DNA of 60,614 nt, filler included, from Asterionella formosa (lineage: Eukaryota), in the NCBI GenBank assembly GCA_002256025.1. It is 9 parts of 9 records of this genome, joined end to end, with 100 filler letters (N's around TTAATTAATTAA, not from the genome) between each part and the next. Parts side by side here need not be neighbours in the genome. Positions count along the whole stretch, not along the records: positions 1 to 6,667 come from NKIB01012643.1; positions 6,768 to 13,423 come from NKIB01012644.1; 7 more parts are not named here. One strand, written 5' to 3'. A model generated the notes under the pieces. It saw only the letters and a list, made by a program, of their open reading frames with translations. It was not told where the DNA came from and made no database searches. A program made the position numbers and the translations under genes. Shown in pieces: positions 1 to 12,010 of the stretch (position 1 is its first letter; every line of letters starts with the position of its first letter).

Positions 1-774
1 GCACATTTTGCGATTCGATGTGGTTGTTCATTAGGCTTGAATTCCAAAGAATATCAACTCCCAGTTGTGGCACTTGTTTGCAACTTGCAAGCGCCTCAAA
101 CTGGTTATGCTGCACTGTTGAGCCATAGTGAAGTCGAAACGTTGTTTCATGAATTTGGTCATGCCTTGCACTCTCTGCTTTCTAGAACAACTTACCAGCA
201 TGTTTCTGGAACGCGAGCGGCAATGGACTTTGTCGAAACTCCATCGCATTTGATTGAGAATTTTGCTTGGGATCCTACCTTTCTCAAACTCATTGGACGA
301 CATCATCAGACGGGTGAACCCATCCCAGATAAAACAGTTCAACTGTTGCTCCAATCAAGAAACGAGTTCCGTGCCATTGAATTGAAAACTCAAATTGTTT
401 ATTCACGATATGATCAGGCACTTTTTGGTGTCCCTACCTTCACATCATCAACTGATTTACTCGCACACTTGCAAACTCAAAGTCACGTTCCTTATGCAAA
501 AGAATCACATTTCCAAACTCGTTTTGGTCACCTCATTTCTTATGGAGCGGGCTATTACGGATATTTATGGTGTCAAGTCTTTTCAGGTGATATTTGGAAC
601 CAATTGTTTGCCTCTAATAGCCTAGACCGCGAGCCAGGAGAACGGCTTTGGAAGGAATTGCTCATCCATGGAGGTGCTAGGGACCCAAATTCGATGCTCC
701 GCTCGCTGCTTGGTCGGGAACCTTCGATTGATTCGTTCCTTCAAACTATGGAGCTAAAACAAGATGCTCGTTAA
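1..774 (+). CDS. MIPEP: Mitochondrial intermediate peptidase (peptidase M3), 3' part; 5' end lies outside the window
   Basis: Frame is open from base 1 (AHFAIRCG...YQLPVVALVCN). Carries the zinc motif FHEFGHALHSLLSRT plus QHVSGTR, DFVETPSHL and FGHLISYGAGYYGY, all typical of MIP/Oct1. Confidence 0.9.
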   Translation, partial: AHFAIRCGCSLGLNSKEYQLPVVALVCNLQAPQTGYAALLSHSEVETLFHEFGHALHSLLSRTTYQHVSGTRAAMDFVETPSHLIENFAWDPTFLKLIGRHHQTGEPIPDKTVQLLLQSRNEFRAIELKTQIVYSRYDQALFGVPTFTSSTDLLAHLQTQSHVPYAKESHFQTRFGHLISYGAGYYGYLWCQVFSGDIWNQLFASNSLDREPGERLWKELLIHGGARDPNSMLRSLLGREPSIDSFLQTMELKQDAR

Positions 775-1130
775 GATGAAGTGGTATTGCTAGCGTGCAC
801 TGTAAGGATGCTTCTTTATCGTCCACTGTCAATTGATTAGAGTTGAAGTATTCCTCCATTTCATGGGAACTAGGAAAGGGCAGCAGTAGGGATCTTCAAG
901 ATGCAATTCACTCATCCAGTAAGCAATGACACATTGAAAACAAAGAGATTAAACTATAAATATTCCCATTAGCTTTCATTGCGATACTATTCTGGATACC
1001 CCTTGTGTATTTTTGTCGAACTAGATTTCGTTAGGTTGTTTTGAATCACGTCTACTCGACTTAACGAGGCGTGAGTAGGGAGCACGTATCGTCGATGAAT
1101 TCTCGTTTCAAGCACAAGAGGAATTTGCAT

Positions 1131-2272
1131 TTAGATGTTTTCCTTGTCAAGATCATCAAAGTAGGGATGGTTCAGAGCGTCCTTGGCTGTAATACGATCT
1201 TTGGGCGAGTACACAAGAAACTTTTCCAACAGGTCCAAGCCCAAGTTATCGAGGTTATCTGTGACAGTTTTGGCATAGTTTGTCTTCACCCACTTGGGAA
1301 AGGAAGTGTTCCAATCTTGAAGCTGAGTTACACCAGGCCAGACCTCATCATTTGGAGTTCCAAGTTGACGGAAAATTTTGAAAAGCTGATCGATCTCTGA
1401 ATCACCAGGGAAGAGCGGGCGCTTGTTGACCATCTCTACAAAGATAGTTCCAATGGCCCAGACATCAACAGGAGGAGCGTATGTTTGTGATCCAAGCAAG
1501 ATTTCAGGTGGTCTGTACCAGAGGGTAACCACCTCGTGTGTCAGAGGGCGAATGGGAGGGCAAAAGGCTCTGGCAAGTCCAAAATCGGCCAACTTCAATC
1601 GCCCGTCCATTGTGACAAGCAAGTTCTGAGGCTTTAAATCGCGGTGCATCACACCACGAGCATGGCAGAAGGCCAATCCCCTGCAGCACTGAAACAGGTA
1701 GGATTTGACCAGCAATGGATTCAGCAGCCCATTTGTAGCTTCCATGTACTTCTTCAAATCCTTGTCAAGGAATTCAAACACCAAGTAAAGTTTTCCTTCT
1801 GACTGCACGCAATCCTTCAGTTCTACAATATTCTCGTGTGACAGCTCTCTCAACAGACTGATTTCACGAAGCGCAGTGGAAGGAATTCCCTCGTCTTCAA
1901 CTTCTAATCTGATTCGTTTCAGAGCAACAACTTCACCAGTTTGACGGTCCCGAGCCTTGTAGACAACTCCATAGGTCCCTTCTCCAAGATTGGATCCAGG
2001 TTTTTCAATCTTCTGATAGCTATAAGGGCATCAGCAAAAGGTGAGAAAATCATGGTCGAAATATAGTACTTTGCCGCCAATGAAAATTTGAATATTGAAT
2101 CATCTTAAAACAATTAAGATTCCAATGCTCATTTTCAAGGTTTACCAGATATTATTCAATGGTACATGCAGCGTCGTAAAAGCAATTTCAGAACTCTCGG
2201 CACTCTCCACGCAATTTCCATTTCATATCAAAAGGAGACAAGGACTTCAGGAAACGAAACGTACCGCTCCAT
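1131..2272 (-). CDS. CDKA2: Cyclin-dependent kinase A2 (PSTALRE type); exons 2272-2265 and 2019-1131
   Basis: Spliced product [27 protein letters not shown]...[14 protein letters not shown]...HRDLKPQN...DFGLAR...VVTLWYR. GT-AG intron at 2264-2020. PSTALRE is the cyclin-binding motif of diatom CDKA2. Confidence 0.92.
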
Positions 2273-2494
2273 GGTCAACGCTTACAAATACCTAATTTTC
2301 TGTTGCAAAAGGTTTTCTTCTCGTTTGTTTTTCTGCTCTTTTTTATACAGGAATATATGAATGAATAGGTTTGAATTGGCAACCGCAAGCCGGCCTATGA
2401 ACTGGTGGTTGGATGACTGGCCAACTGACAAATCTGACTTCTGCGACCAAACCCACGAAGAAAACAGTCGATTGAATCGAATTCGTTGACACAA

Positions 2495-2847
2495 TGTACC
2501 AGGTAGCAACCCAAAATTTGCTGTGTCGCCATGATTCGTATGACGGCGCCGGTGGCTATATAGTTACCAGGAACAGGCATTGTGGTAGAAAGTTCATACC
2601 CGTGTACTCCTTCTTTCTATGTACAGGGTACCAGGTACCTGATACCATCTCGTACTGGAACTACCGGTATATAGGTACCAGGTACCTGGTGCTGTACAAC
2701 TGAAAAACTGTTGGGTCCGGTATTTGCTTCGTTGCCAGGTACCTGGCACCAGGTACCGGTACCGGTACCGGTACCGGTACTCCTATAAACCAGCTACGGT
2801 ACGGAGTACCAGGGTACCTGGTACCACCTGGTACCAATCTACCGGTG
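2495..2847. repeat. GGTACC/CCAGGTACC palindrome-rich low-complexity tract upstream of CDKA2
   Basis: Dense GGTACC copies, including a tandem (GGTACC)n run at about 2752-2780. Confidence 0.7.
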
Positions 2848-4349
2848 TCAGATGTGTCTGTTAGGCTTGATGTCGACAGGTGTCCGAAGTCTAGATGTAG
2901 TCTGAGGAATGTCTGAACGGAAATAGACAGTATTTATATAGTCGCATTTGCTGGTGTGGGCGAAAAGAGTTTTTCTCCCATTCCACTTGGAGCACTTCAC
3001 ATGTGCAACTCGAACAAGATGCCAGGGCACTTAAAACACGTTTTACCCTTCACATTTAAAAAATTGTATTCTAATCCTCTTTTTCCTCCTGATTTTGACT
3101 CCATCAAGAATTTGGGGGTACAGTCAAAATTGTAACTCTATGAAACATATAGAATTCAAGGTAAGCATTTCTTGAGCCCTTCCCTGGTCTGTACCTGCAT
3201 GAGTGATCACTGAAAAAGCTTACCAAGAATTCCTTACTTTTGATGAAGTTGTACTCCAGACAACATTTTGCATACATCAGCCAGGACTTGAGATTTGTGC
3301 AATAAGTAAATTCCCAGCCACACATTACATAGTCTGTTGTAAATTGCCGTAAAAAGTTTGAATCATTTGAGCAGGCAGACCATCACCTGACCCATGGTAC
3401 AGTATGTCCCATGCTAGCTATATGACGTTAACCTTATAGGCTCTTCTACAAGCAAACACTGTACTTGTTCTTACTCTCAGCACTGTAGAGACTTCCACAA
3501 TACACATGGTGGTGTATGCTGTATACTTCAACCCTAGTAAGTGAAAGGTGTTCCCTTTTACATTCCGAACAAAATCAACATGGTACACGTTTGTAGTACA
3601 TATACATGTACGAGGAACTGGTCATGATCAGTATCTGATGCCATGCACAAAGCTACTAACTAGCGTGAAACTCTGTTTTCGTGGTGGCACCAAGAAACAC
3701 CCAATAGTTTTCTAGACATAGACAAAGTAACGTACTGTAATTCTGTTTTTTCTCGTGCGTAGGCTCTGGTATATAACTATTTTGATAAGATTTTGCGATT
3801 ACTTTATACACATATAAAACACTAGAGTGCGAGCAGCTGAAGAATCCTGCATCATGTTGTCGCAACCTTGACCATGACGAAAATACGAATTAGATATCTC
3901 AACGAAAATTGAGAACGGCGCTTTGCCAATTGCTACGAATAATTAAGCACAACATAGAAAATACAATCATGAAAGAAGTAAAGTAATTACACAAATAATG
4001 ACAATGGAAATTGAGATCGTTGATAGCAACATGAAGTCGTGTTTTTCTTGAAAGCTGAAGAACTTTCTCATTTTTCACTTTACGAAGATAATGATCATAT
4101 TAACATTTATTGGAAAATGCGCGCCATCCTGCTGTAGAACCGACAAAATTTACGTAGGTCTACTAAAGGAATTCTCTTTATTGTCCTGCCCCCCCCCCCC
4201 AAGTCACGGCAGTGTACATTAGGGGGGCCAGGATAATGAAATATGCGGTACCTGGTACCTGTTGACTCACACCAGGTAATTCACTGGTACCAGGTACCTA
4301 TTTCTGCAAATAGTTACTTCTAATGATATATGGTAACTAAATTTTTAAG

Positions 4350-6667
4350 TACGCGTTATTGAGCCTCGACTAAAGTGTGGAGTTCGTTGGGTCGCACCGG
4401 GGCGCGAAGCGCCCGGTTCGATTAGATGGACTTAGACAGGTGAAGAGGGATGGCGAGGGGTTGCGCGACAGATAAGAAATTTTCGGATTGTGCCCTGGCG
4501 GCGTTTGTCTTGACGTATTTGGGATGTGAGGCGTAGTTGACCCGCACGATAGATTGCCAGCCAGGCCGTCAGTGCCGACGGGGAATGAAGTAAGCGTTGA
4601 GAGAGAGGAAGGCCAAATATATGTCCTCGTTCATCAGCTGGGACGGAGATCTGGTTTGAGTAAGCTGTAGTTGTCTGTGATCGAGCGAAGCAATGTGATT
4701 CGGCGTGCATTAGTGGCAAGGAGAGTGGCGCCATAGACAAAATCATTGCGATTATTCCACTGTTCCATGGCATAGGCGCGTAAGGAGTTGATTAGTTGAC
4801 TTGTCCAAAGAGAGGATTCATAGCGTTGGTCTGGATGTCTGATGGAGTGATAGGTTGTCATGGCATGGGCCCAAGAAACTGATAGATGTCCCCTTAGGAG
4901 GTGGTTCCATCCTATAGCTGTTTGTTGGACATATGCCTGATAGGTCGTCCAAAGAAGAGGGTCGGTTGGGGAGGGATCTGGAAGAGGCCAAAGTGGGGGA
5001 ATGTCACCATTTTCCCACGATTGGAGACCATGGGTTAGGGCAAGGAGAATATGGGGAGGAGTGCAAAGTTTGGATTTCAGATGGTCAGAGAGAGCGGTCC
5101 ACTTTGTATCCCGAAAGTGGCAAGAAGCTGAGCAGGTTAGGACGTGATCGTGGTCCTCAACGGCATTGGAGCAGCGTGGGCATAAGGAAGCCGGGGCTTT
5201 GCCACGGCGATGTAAGATTTTGTTGGTGGGCCATTGTCCATTTATTAACTTAAACATTGCTAGTCTGCGTCCGTATGACAAGTGTTTGTATGCGCTGGTG
5301 GAAGACTTCCAGTCAATAGAGTCAGAGATTGACTGCGTCCATCCGTGTCGTGTTTGGAAGTACTTGAATTGTTTGGGCTTATAGTACGCTGTCAGAGTTG
5401 TAGGGATCATCTGAGATGTAACTTGAGATCCCTGAAGAAGGAGGGTAGCGGGGACTTGAGGGGAAAGCGGAGTAATAGAGCGCTGGGGGCAGCGGAGATA
5501 GGCTAAATGAGTGAGTCTATCAACTTGGATATTGAGTTTTGCAGGCAGAGTTAAGGCTTCATAGGGTTTGCTGTCATCTTGATGGCTTTTGATGTGAACC
5601 GCCTGGAGATCGACCGGGATAGATGCCAGAACCTTCGTGGCTGAGTGGATAAGGTCCCAGTCTGGGTGGAGACTGTGACGAATTGAGTGTTGATGGTGGT
5701 GAGACAGACGCTTGACTAGGGCCTGGTTGTCGATGTGAGCTCTAGCAGTGAAAGGAGTGAGGGGATCTAGAAGATCATGGTATGTAAGAAGAGCACGAAG
5801 AGCAAGAACTGCACCAAGATAGCCGCAGCACTCTGTCCGGAAGGAAGAAAGAGGGGTGGCGGTGAAGGTGGTAGTGTTGTAGCCAGAGATTTGGGTGCCA
5901 CTGGAGCGGCCATGAATAAGCCATGAGAAAGAGCCATGGGGAGAGCGGACTGATCCATCAGTGGCAACTTCAAAATTATTGGTTTTGATATCTTGGAGGA
6001 GTGGTAGAATATCGGGCGGGAAGGTAACCTGGCCGATATAATAATTGTCATAAGAAGAGAGAGATGAAAGGTAGGTGGAGAAGGTTGGTGGGAGATGTGA
6101 TTCAGGGAGAAGGGAGGGGAGAATTCGAATATGGTGGGATAGAGTTTGCGGGAAGGGGAGCCAGGAAGAGACCGAAATTGGAATGGCGGAAGAGGGAAGA
6201 GTGGAGGTAAGGTTATTTGGAGTGGGTGTGAAGCGGAGCCGATTGTTCCGACGATAAGGGGAGAAGAGGGAAGGATCAGAGGGGAGGCGACAATAGAAGG
6301 TAGAAGATGATGGATGCAAATATGTCGGCCAGTGTTGGTGAGAGGGTCCAGTGGGAAGCCATTTGAGGAGACAGCTTTGAGGGCGAAGGTGAGGGGAGCG
6401 AGATTTGATGGTGAAGAGGTGTGAAAGTAGGCGTCTCCAAATTGTCCAGCTGGTGGGGCCAGGGCGGGTTTGTTTGGGCCAGGAGAGATTGAAGACTCTA
6501 TTGTTTTTGTATCTGTTCCAAAAGTCCTTATCAATGGTGTTGCCTGTACTGTCGACAATGTCGGACAGAGTGAGCACCTGCAGATACAGACGACATCTAT
6601 TGAATTTGATGATGTCTGAGGCAGTGATAGAAAAAGTGGCTGCCAATGAAATTAATCTAGGCATGAG
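4350..6667 (-). mobile_element. Non-LTR retrotransposon, 3' part (RNase H, CCHC zinc finger, 3' UTR); possibly Ambal-like
   Basis: ORF 6664-4634 has RNase H motifs (ATDGS, RTECCG, HIDNQAL, HIKSHQD, NIQVDRL) and CPRC..EDHDHVLTC. The C-terminus continues after a frameshift near 4660 into ORF 4773-4432. Cut by the contig end. Clade assignment is tentative. Confidence 0.8.
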
Positions 6668-6767
6668 NNNNNNNNNNNNNNNNNNNNNNNNNNNNNNNNN
6701 NNNNNNNNNNNTTAATTAATTAANNNNNNNNNNNNNNNNNNNNNNNNNNNNNNNNNNNNNNNNNNNN
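6668..6767. other. Artificial contig linker
   Basis: N44-TTAATTAATTAA-N44, which places stops in all six frames. Confidence 0.97.
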
Positions 6768-7693
6768 ATATGCAAAGTAGTCGTATTGATGAAAGCTAAT
6801 TTTACCTTCAACTATTTTATTTCGTTGCAGGTACTGTGTGGATTGAAGTACAGAATAACATTATTTTGGAAAAAACAGACCTCGTGATGTGTAACTGCGG
6901 GGCCGCAACCTTAAAATATGAAACAATCAATGCACATTACCATACACCTTGGTATCTTGTACCCTCAATGTACATAGCCACAACAGATTTTACTTAGAGG
7001 GGAGTACAAGAGACATTGGCCCTTTTTTGATCATCCAACATTTTGAATTTTTGAAACTCACTTATAACGCACTTTCTAAGACCACAGAGTTACATGTGGA
7101 ATCTCATAGCATGGCCTGCCTGCCAACCAGTCTGTGTGCTTCCCTAGTTTTATGAGTGTAGGTGAGTCCCCAACCATCCTTCGCATAAGGTGATTGTCTT
7201 AGCGTTAGCTAGTAGGGGAAGCGCCGACAACCTAGGAAGGCGGCACACTGCTTGTAGGGGGCAACCCACAGACCCTTGCACACCAGGCAAGACCGTGTGG
7301 GACGGTGAGGAGTCTAGGTGTCGAACCCAACAATTGAAATCTTACGACACAAATTCAAATCAAAGGCAACGTGCCCAACCAACTGAGCCATTCCCCCATC
7401 CAACATTATGAAAAAACCAACTTCACCACCTATTTTTGTCCATCACCATGTTGTGTGAACTTCAGCATTAGCAAATTGCCCGCAACATGAAGGTTCAAGG
7501 CAGTTTAGTCTTCTTTGATAGCTAGGGATGATATTTTCTGAACATTTTGAGAAGGAACAGGGAATTGAAAAGGAAGCATGCAAAATAAGCCTATATGGGA
7601 AAAACTGATTCTTGGAAGACTGCATGCCAAATACCAGTACCTAAAGTTTTGCTATACCCCAGTATTATGTTACCAGTACGGTATCCTAGAGGA

Positions 7694-7881
7694 ACACATT
7701 CAACAAGTCTAGTAGTGGGTTGGAATCATCTAGTGATGGCATTAAGTTTCGCTATGGTTTGCTTCCAGTACAGTGCAGTATCCTAGAACAGTCGACTATC
7801 TCTAGAATCAATAATTTGTTACCTAACTTAGGACACATTCAACAAGTCCAGTGGTGGGTTGTAATCATCTAGTGATGGCAT
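7694..7881. repeat. ~49-bp direct repeat (7694-7742 and 7833-7881)
   Basis: ACACATTCAACAAGTCyAGTrGTGGGTTGkAATCATCTAGTGATGGCAT occurs twice. Confidence 0.8.
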
Positions 7882-8089
7882 GCATAAGAAAGCTAAGTGT
7901 TGGAACGTCGCGTCCCTGCTAAGGTTCACAAACTCTTTCTTTGTCGTCATCACATCGTGACATACATGATGCAAGGTCTGCACTCAGACTGTTGCGCCAT
8001 ATTGAGGTCTCTGAATGCACTAATTCGTCGCCATTCCAATTGGCGACACTATTTGATCATGCATTACATATATTTGAGACCAAATCTCC

Positions 8090-10713
8090 TCATGGTAAAA
8101 ATGGACTTCCAAAATCTAACGGAGCTTTGATGGAATCAATGTGGTGCAGAGACAGGTCTGCATTGCAGAGCTCGTTGCTAGTACCATCCCTACTAATTGG
8201 TGTTGTAGTTCCGGCATGGTTTGAAGGTGAGGTAGAGAGGGAAATCGGAACCACTTCATTGACCATCAGACGGCCCCGCTGAGGGCCTGAACCAGTAACC
8301 AGTGCAGTTTTATTTGTAAACGCGATGTTTGTAGAAAAAGTACCGTGTGGAGTAGTCAAGTCGTTTCTTGCAGACTGGACCCTGTGAGGCTGAAGACAAG
8401 ACAGAATAAAACTCTGAGATCGAGGAAAGGGAGAATGTTGTCAACAATAACATGGAACTTACCTTGTCTTCGGATGGACCTTTGGTACCGTCACTGAAGA
8501 TCACCCTGGTGGATTGTTCCCTGTTGGCATGATTTCCCTTGGCCTTCAGAGCAGAGACTGCAGGACGTAAAGAACTTCCCATCCCTGCACTGGTGGCGAA
8601 ATAAGGAGTTACTTCCATTTGTGAAAAGGAAGGTGCTCGTGTGTCCATTAAGGGTGGGAAGAACTTCTCGTCATCTTCTGTCCAACTCATGGGAGTGTCG
8701 AGTTGACCAAGGGACCTGCCTCCCATCGTGCGGGGAGTAAAACCAACGTCAAAGTCATTTCCGAAGGATGGTGAGAATAATGGACTATAGGGTGTGTCAT
8801 GCGCTGAGAAATGCTGCTGAAGTGGTGTTGACGACAGGCGGAGTGGGCTATTTGTGCCTTGTTGATGAAATGGAGTTGATGCTGAAAATGGAATTGTGAA
8901 CAAGATGCTGTAATGAAACGGTGAAAACAAGTTGCAAGGCACTTACGAGTTTCAATTAATGGCAATTCATCCCGGACTCTGGATGCCAGAGGCGAAGGAC
9001 GGACACGAGACGATGTGATGAGGGGACTAGAATCCCTTTTCTCGGATATAAGTGGACCTCCCATAGGTCGAGTAGCGAGTCGTCTGTCATATGGTGGAAT
9101 TGCAACCATCGGAGAGGGAAGAGCCCAGAAATTGTTGTGATAACCGGAGTGGAATTGATTGATGCTGCTGACTTGTGTGTACAATCCACTTGATGGTCCC
9201 CTATATGGAGCCAATTGATGCAATGTTGCTTGGAAGAAACGAGGAAGATTTAAGCGTTCATCGTTTGTGAGGTTTAGGACGTTAAGGGATGCTGCAGAAA
9301 CAATCTCCGTTGTTTTGACTTGCTCAGCGATGCGTCTACGCTCAAGCGCAGAGAGATATGTGCCATTTACGTAACCCCCGCGAATGTTCGAAAGAAAGTT
9401 GCTTAGCTCAGCAACATCCTTCTCAGTTGGAATGGGAGGAGCGGCTCTGCTTCGTTTCACATTCTGGGACAGTGGGTAATAGTTATGGTGGGCTCGAATC
9501 ATTGGGCTTGGCAAACCGTGGAAACCTTCAATTCTTCTTTTCTGTTGCAGAGGGGGACGTTGAAACGAAAGTAGCTCATCCCCAATTGGCTTAGTCTCAA
9601 ATGTGCTTGTGGTCTTTCTCCCGGTAGATTTCTTAAGCTCGAGTCCTCCTTGAATGGATGTTGACGCCCGGACAGCATGTAGGCAACCTTCTATGTCCTC
9701 GCCTATGGCAAAGCGACAATTTTTGTCCATGATTTTGCTTGAGTCGTTTTTGTGTTTCTTCAGGAGGAACTTCTCAACTTTTCGTTTCATGGATGAGTTC
9801 CAATGGTTCTTGATAGCGTTGTCAGTTCGACCTGGAAGGAGTTTCGCGATTTCGGCCCACCGATTGCCTAGCTCCTTGTGTGATTGAAGAATAGCCCGAT
9901 CTTCTTCTTCCGTCCAGGGTGCTTTACAGATATCAGGGTTTAGATGATTGTGCCAGCGTTCCCGGCATTGCTTTCCAATGCGTCCTGGAGAGATTTTCAC
10001 TATTAGCTTTCTTTTGAATTTGGGAAATGGCGAAACAAAAAGGCGAGCACTCTTATCTTACCAGGAAGTTCTGCCGCAATCTGGCTCCATCTTTTGGCCC
10101 CATGAAACTTTACCAGTTTGACGATTTTTTCGTCTTCCTCAGCAGTCCATGGACCTTTGAGAGCAGCAGCCTTTTCTCCGCCTTTGTTGCCGCTGATTTT
10201 GTTGTACCGCCTCATGCATTCTGCGCTTTTCCGATGATTTCCAACTTGTTTGGCAACTTCAGGCCAATCAAGGTCGCGCATCTTATCTTTTTCTTTTCCT
10301 TCTCGCTTACGAATCGCTCTTTGACCATCTACTTCTTCATTTAGGTAATCAATGTCAGTGTCATCGTCGGAATCAGAGTCAAACAGATCAGCAACAACTT
10401 GTGACAATTTCCGATCCTAGCAATGACATGAACAAGGGTTAGTAAAATTTGCATTGTAACATAGTGGAATGATCTCATACTGCTTTCTCATGCTCACCTC
10501 TTCCTCTGTCCATCTTGGTGGCCTGGAGCTCAGCAATGGGTGCGTTGCCATATCACCAGCGTCCATTTCAATTTCCCCATTGTCGCGAAAGGACTCTGAA
10601 ATTCGATAAGCCGAATATTCTGAATTGATAGATCCATATGCGGAATCATTTGCCGCTAACGGTTCCATTTTTCTCTTCGCGGAAGGAGCGAGGTTCTCCT
10701 TGTTGGAATCCAT
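8090..10713 (-). CDS. MYB3R: Three-repeat (R1R2R3) MYB transcription factor; predicted exons 10713-10498, 10416-10062, 9984-8947, 8881-8463, 8389-8090
   Basis: R1: RWTEEEDRKL...[23 protein letters not shown]2: [16 protein letters not shown]...[25 protein letters not shown]3: [43 protein letters not shown]. Frame-preserving GT-AG introns; the last two splice acceptors are less certain. Confidence 0.88.
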
Positions 10714-12010
10714 GCCAGCGTTTCCGATGTACCCTGGTGCAGAAATAAAGCAGATCGAACGGTAGTGCTTGAAATCCGTAGTGCACTCTAGCCGATTTAC
10801 TTCCTTTCGTTTGTGCTGCTTCAAGTGTCAGGGGTAGTCCTTTGGACGTTTACCGTGACAAAGGAAACAAGAACGGATTCGTCAACCTGAAATTTTGTGT
10901 GAGAGTCCTTTTTTTTGTAATGGTCCTTGGAAAAATTTAAATTTGGTCTTAGAAGAAAACAATGCTAATTAATTCGCATAACGTAACACTTCTGCTTCCA
11001 AAAACTGGCTATATTGCTTTGTTCGTTCCGCGCTGAATTCGTGCATGAGCAACCAGGACAACAAATGATCGACTCAACTTTTAAGGTGCATTACATTGAC
11101 ACATTCCCAAAGTATGAAGGACAATCCTTCTATCGGAAACAGGTTTAAAAATTGCAAGCCTTATTGGAAGAACAAAAAAGCGAGGGCACAAATTGAAGGT
11201 ATCCGACCTTTCTCCTGCATTTTAATGTCAAGTACACCTAAAACTTGACTCAAATCGCCAAAAGTCATCAAAACCTTTGTAGATCGTTTGATGAAAGCAC
11301 GCTTTCCTTGAGACCGGAAAAACGATAGATAAGGAGAAATATTTTGAGGATGTCAACAAGGTAGGGGTGCGCAATCGATTCGAGAACGATCGATGATCGT
11401 GATGTTGTCGTGCAGCACTCCGATTTCGGACCTTATCGCTATTGTAGAATGTCGCTTACCTTTCGTTAATGAATTGAATGTATCAGCTCTTATGCGATAA
11501 ATCAAAGTGACGATTGATGATGGAACTGCGATAGGAATAGAACACCACAAGGTATTGTGGCGGTGGTCTTGTCGTCGCAGTTGGCTTTGCAAAAAGGTGG
11601 AGAAAATATGCAAAACAACGTGATGGTTTGAGGAGTGGGAAGGACATTTTGAAAAGTTCCCGGGTTCTTTCTGTCAAAATACTCCACAGTAACCGCTAGT
11701 ACTGGTACCAGGGGTACCGTTGAAATACTGATCTAGTTACCTGTAATATACCGGTAGTTCGACCATGATAGAGTGGTTAGAAGACGTTTGGTACAAGAAG
11801 GAAAATAAACAGTACTACTACCCGGTACATACCGGGACTTGTTTTAGGGTACCGGTACCGTGGTACCATGTACCTGGTCCATCCACAATGTCCTCCAGAC
11901 TTGAATATTAACTCTGTGCCCCGGTAAAGTAACACGGATGGTACCAGGTACTGCTGCCAGGTACCTGGCACTCCAGCAACCTGCTAACATATCATCGTCG
12001 GCAAGCAACC

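Noticed and set aside
1071..1400. Plus-strand ORF overlapping CDKA2
   Set aside because: Antisense shadow of a conserved kinase, with no independent support.
4375..4430. tRNA gene (GGTTCGATT B-box-like motif)
   Set aside because: No cloverleaf or acceptor stem can be built; it is better explained as the retroelement 3' UTR.
1131..10713. Apparent cell-cycle gene cluster (CDKA2 near MYB3R)
   Set aside because: The genes are on different contigs joined by an artificial linker. Contigs appear ordered roughly by length.
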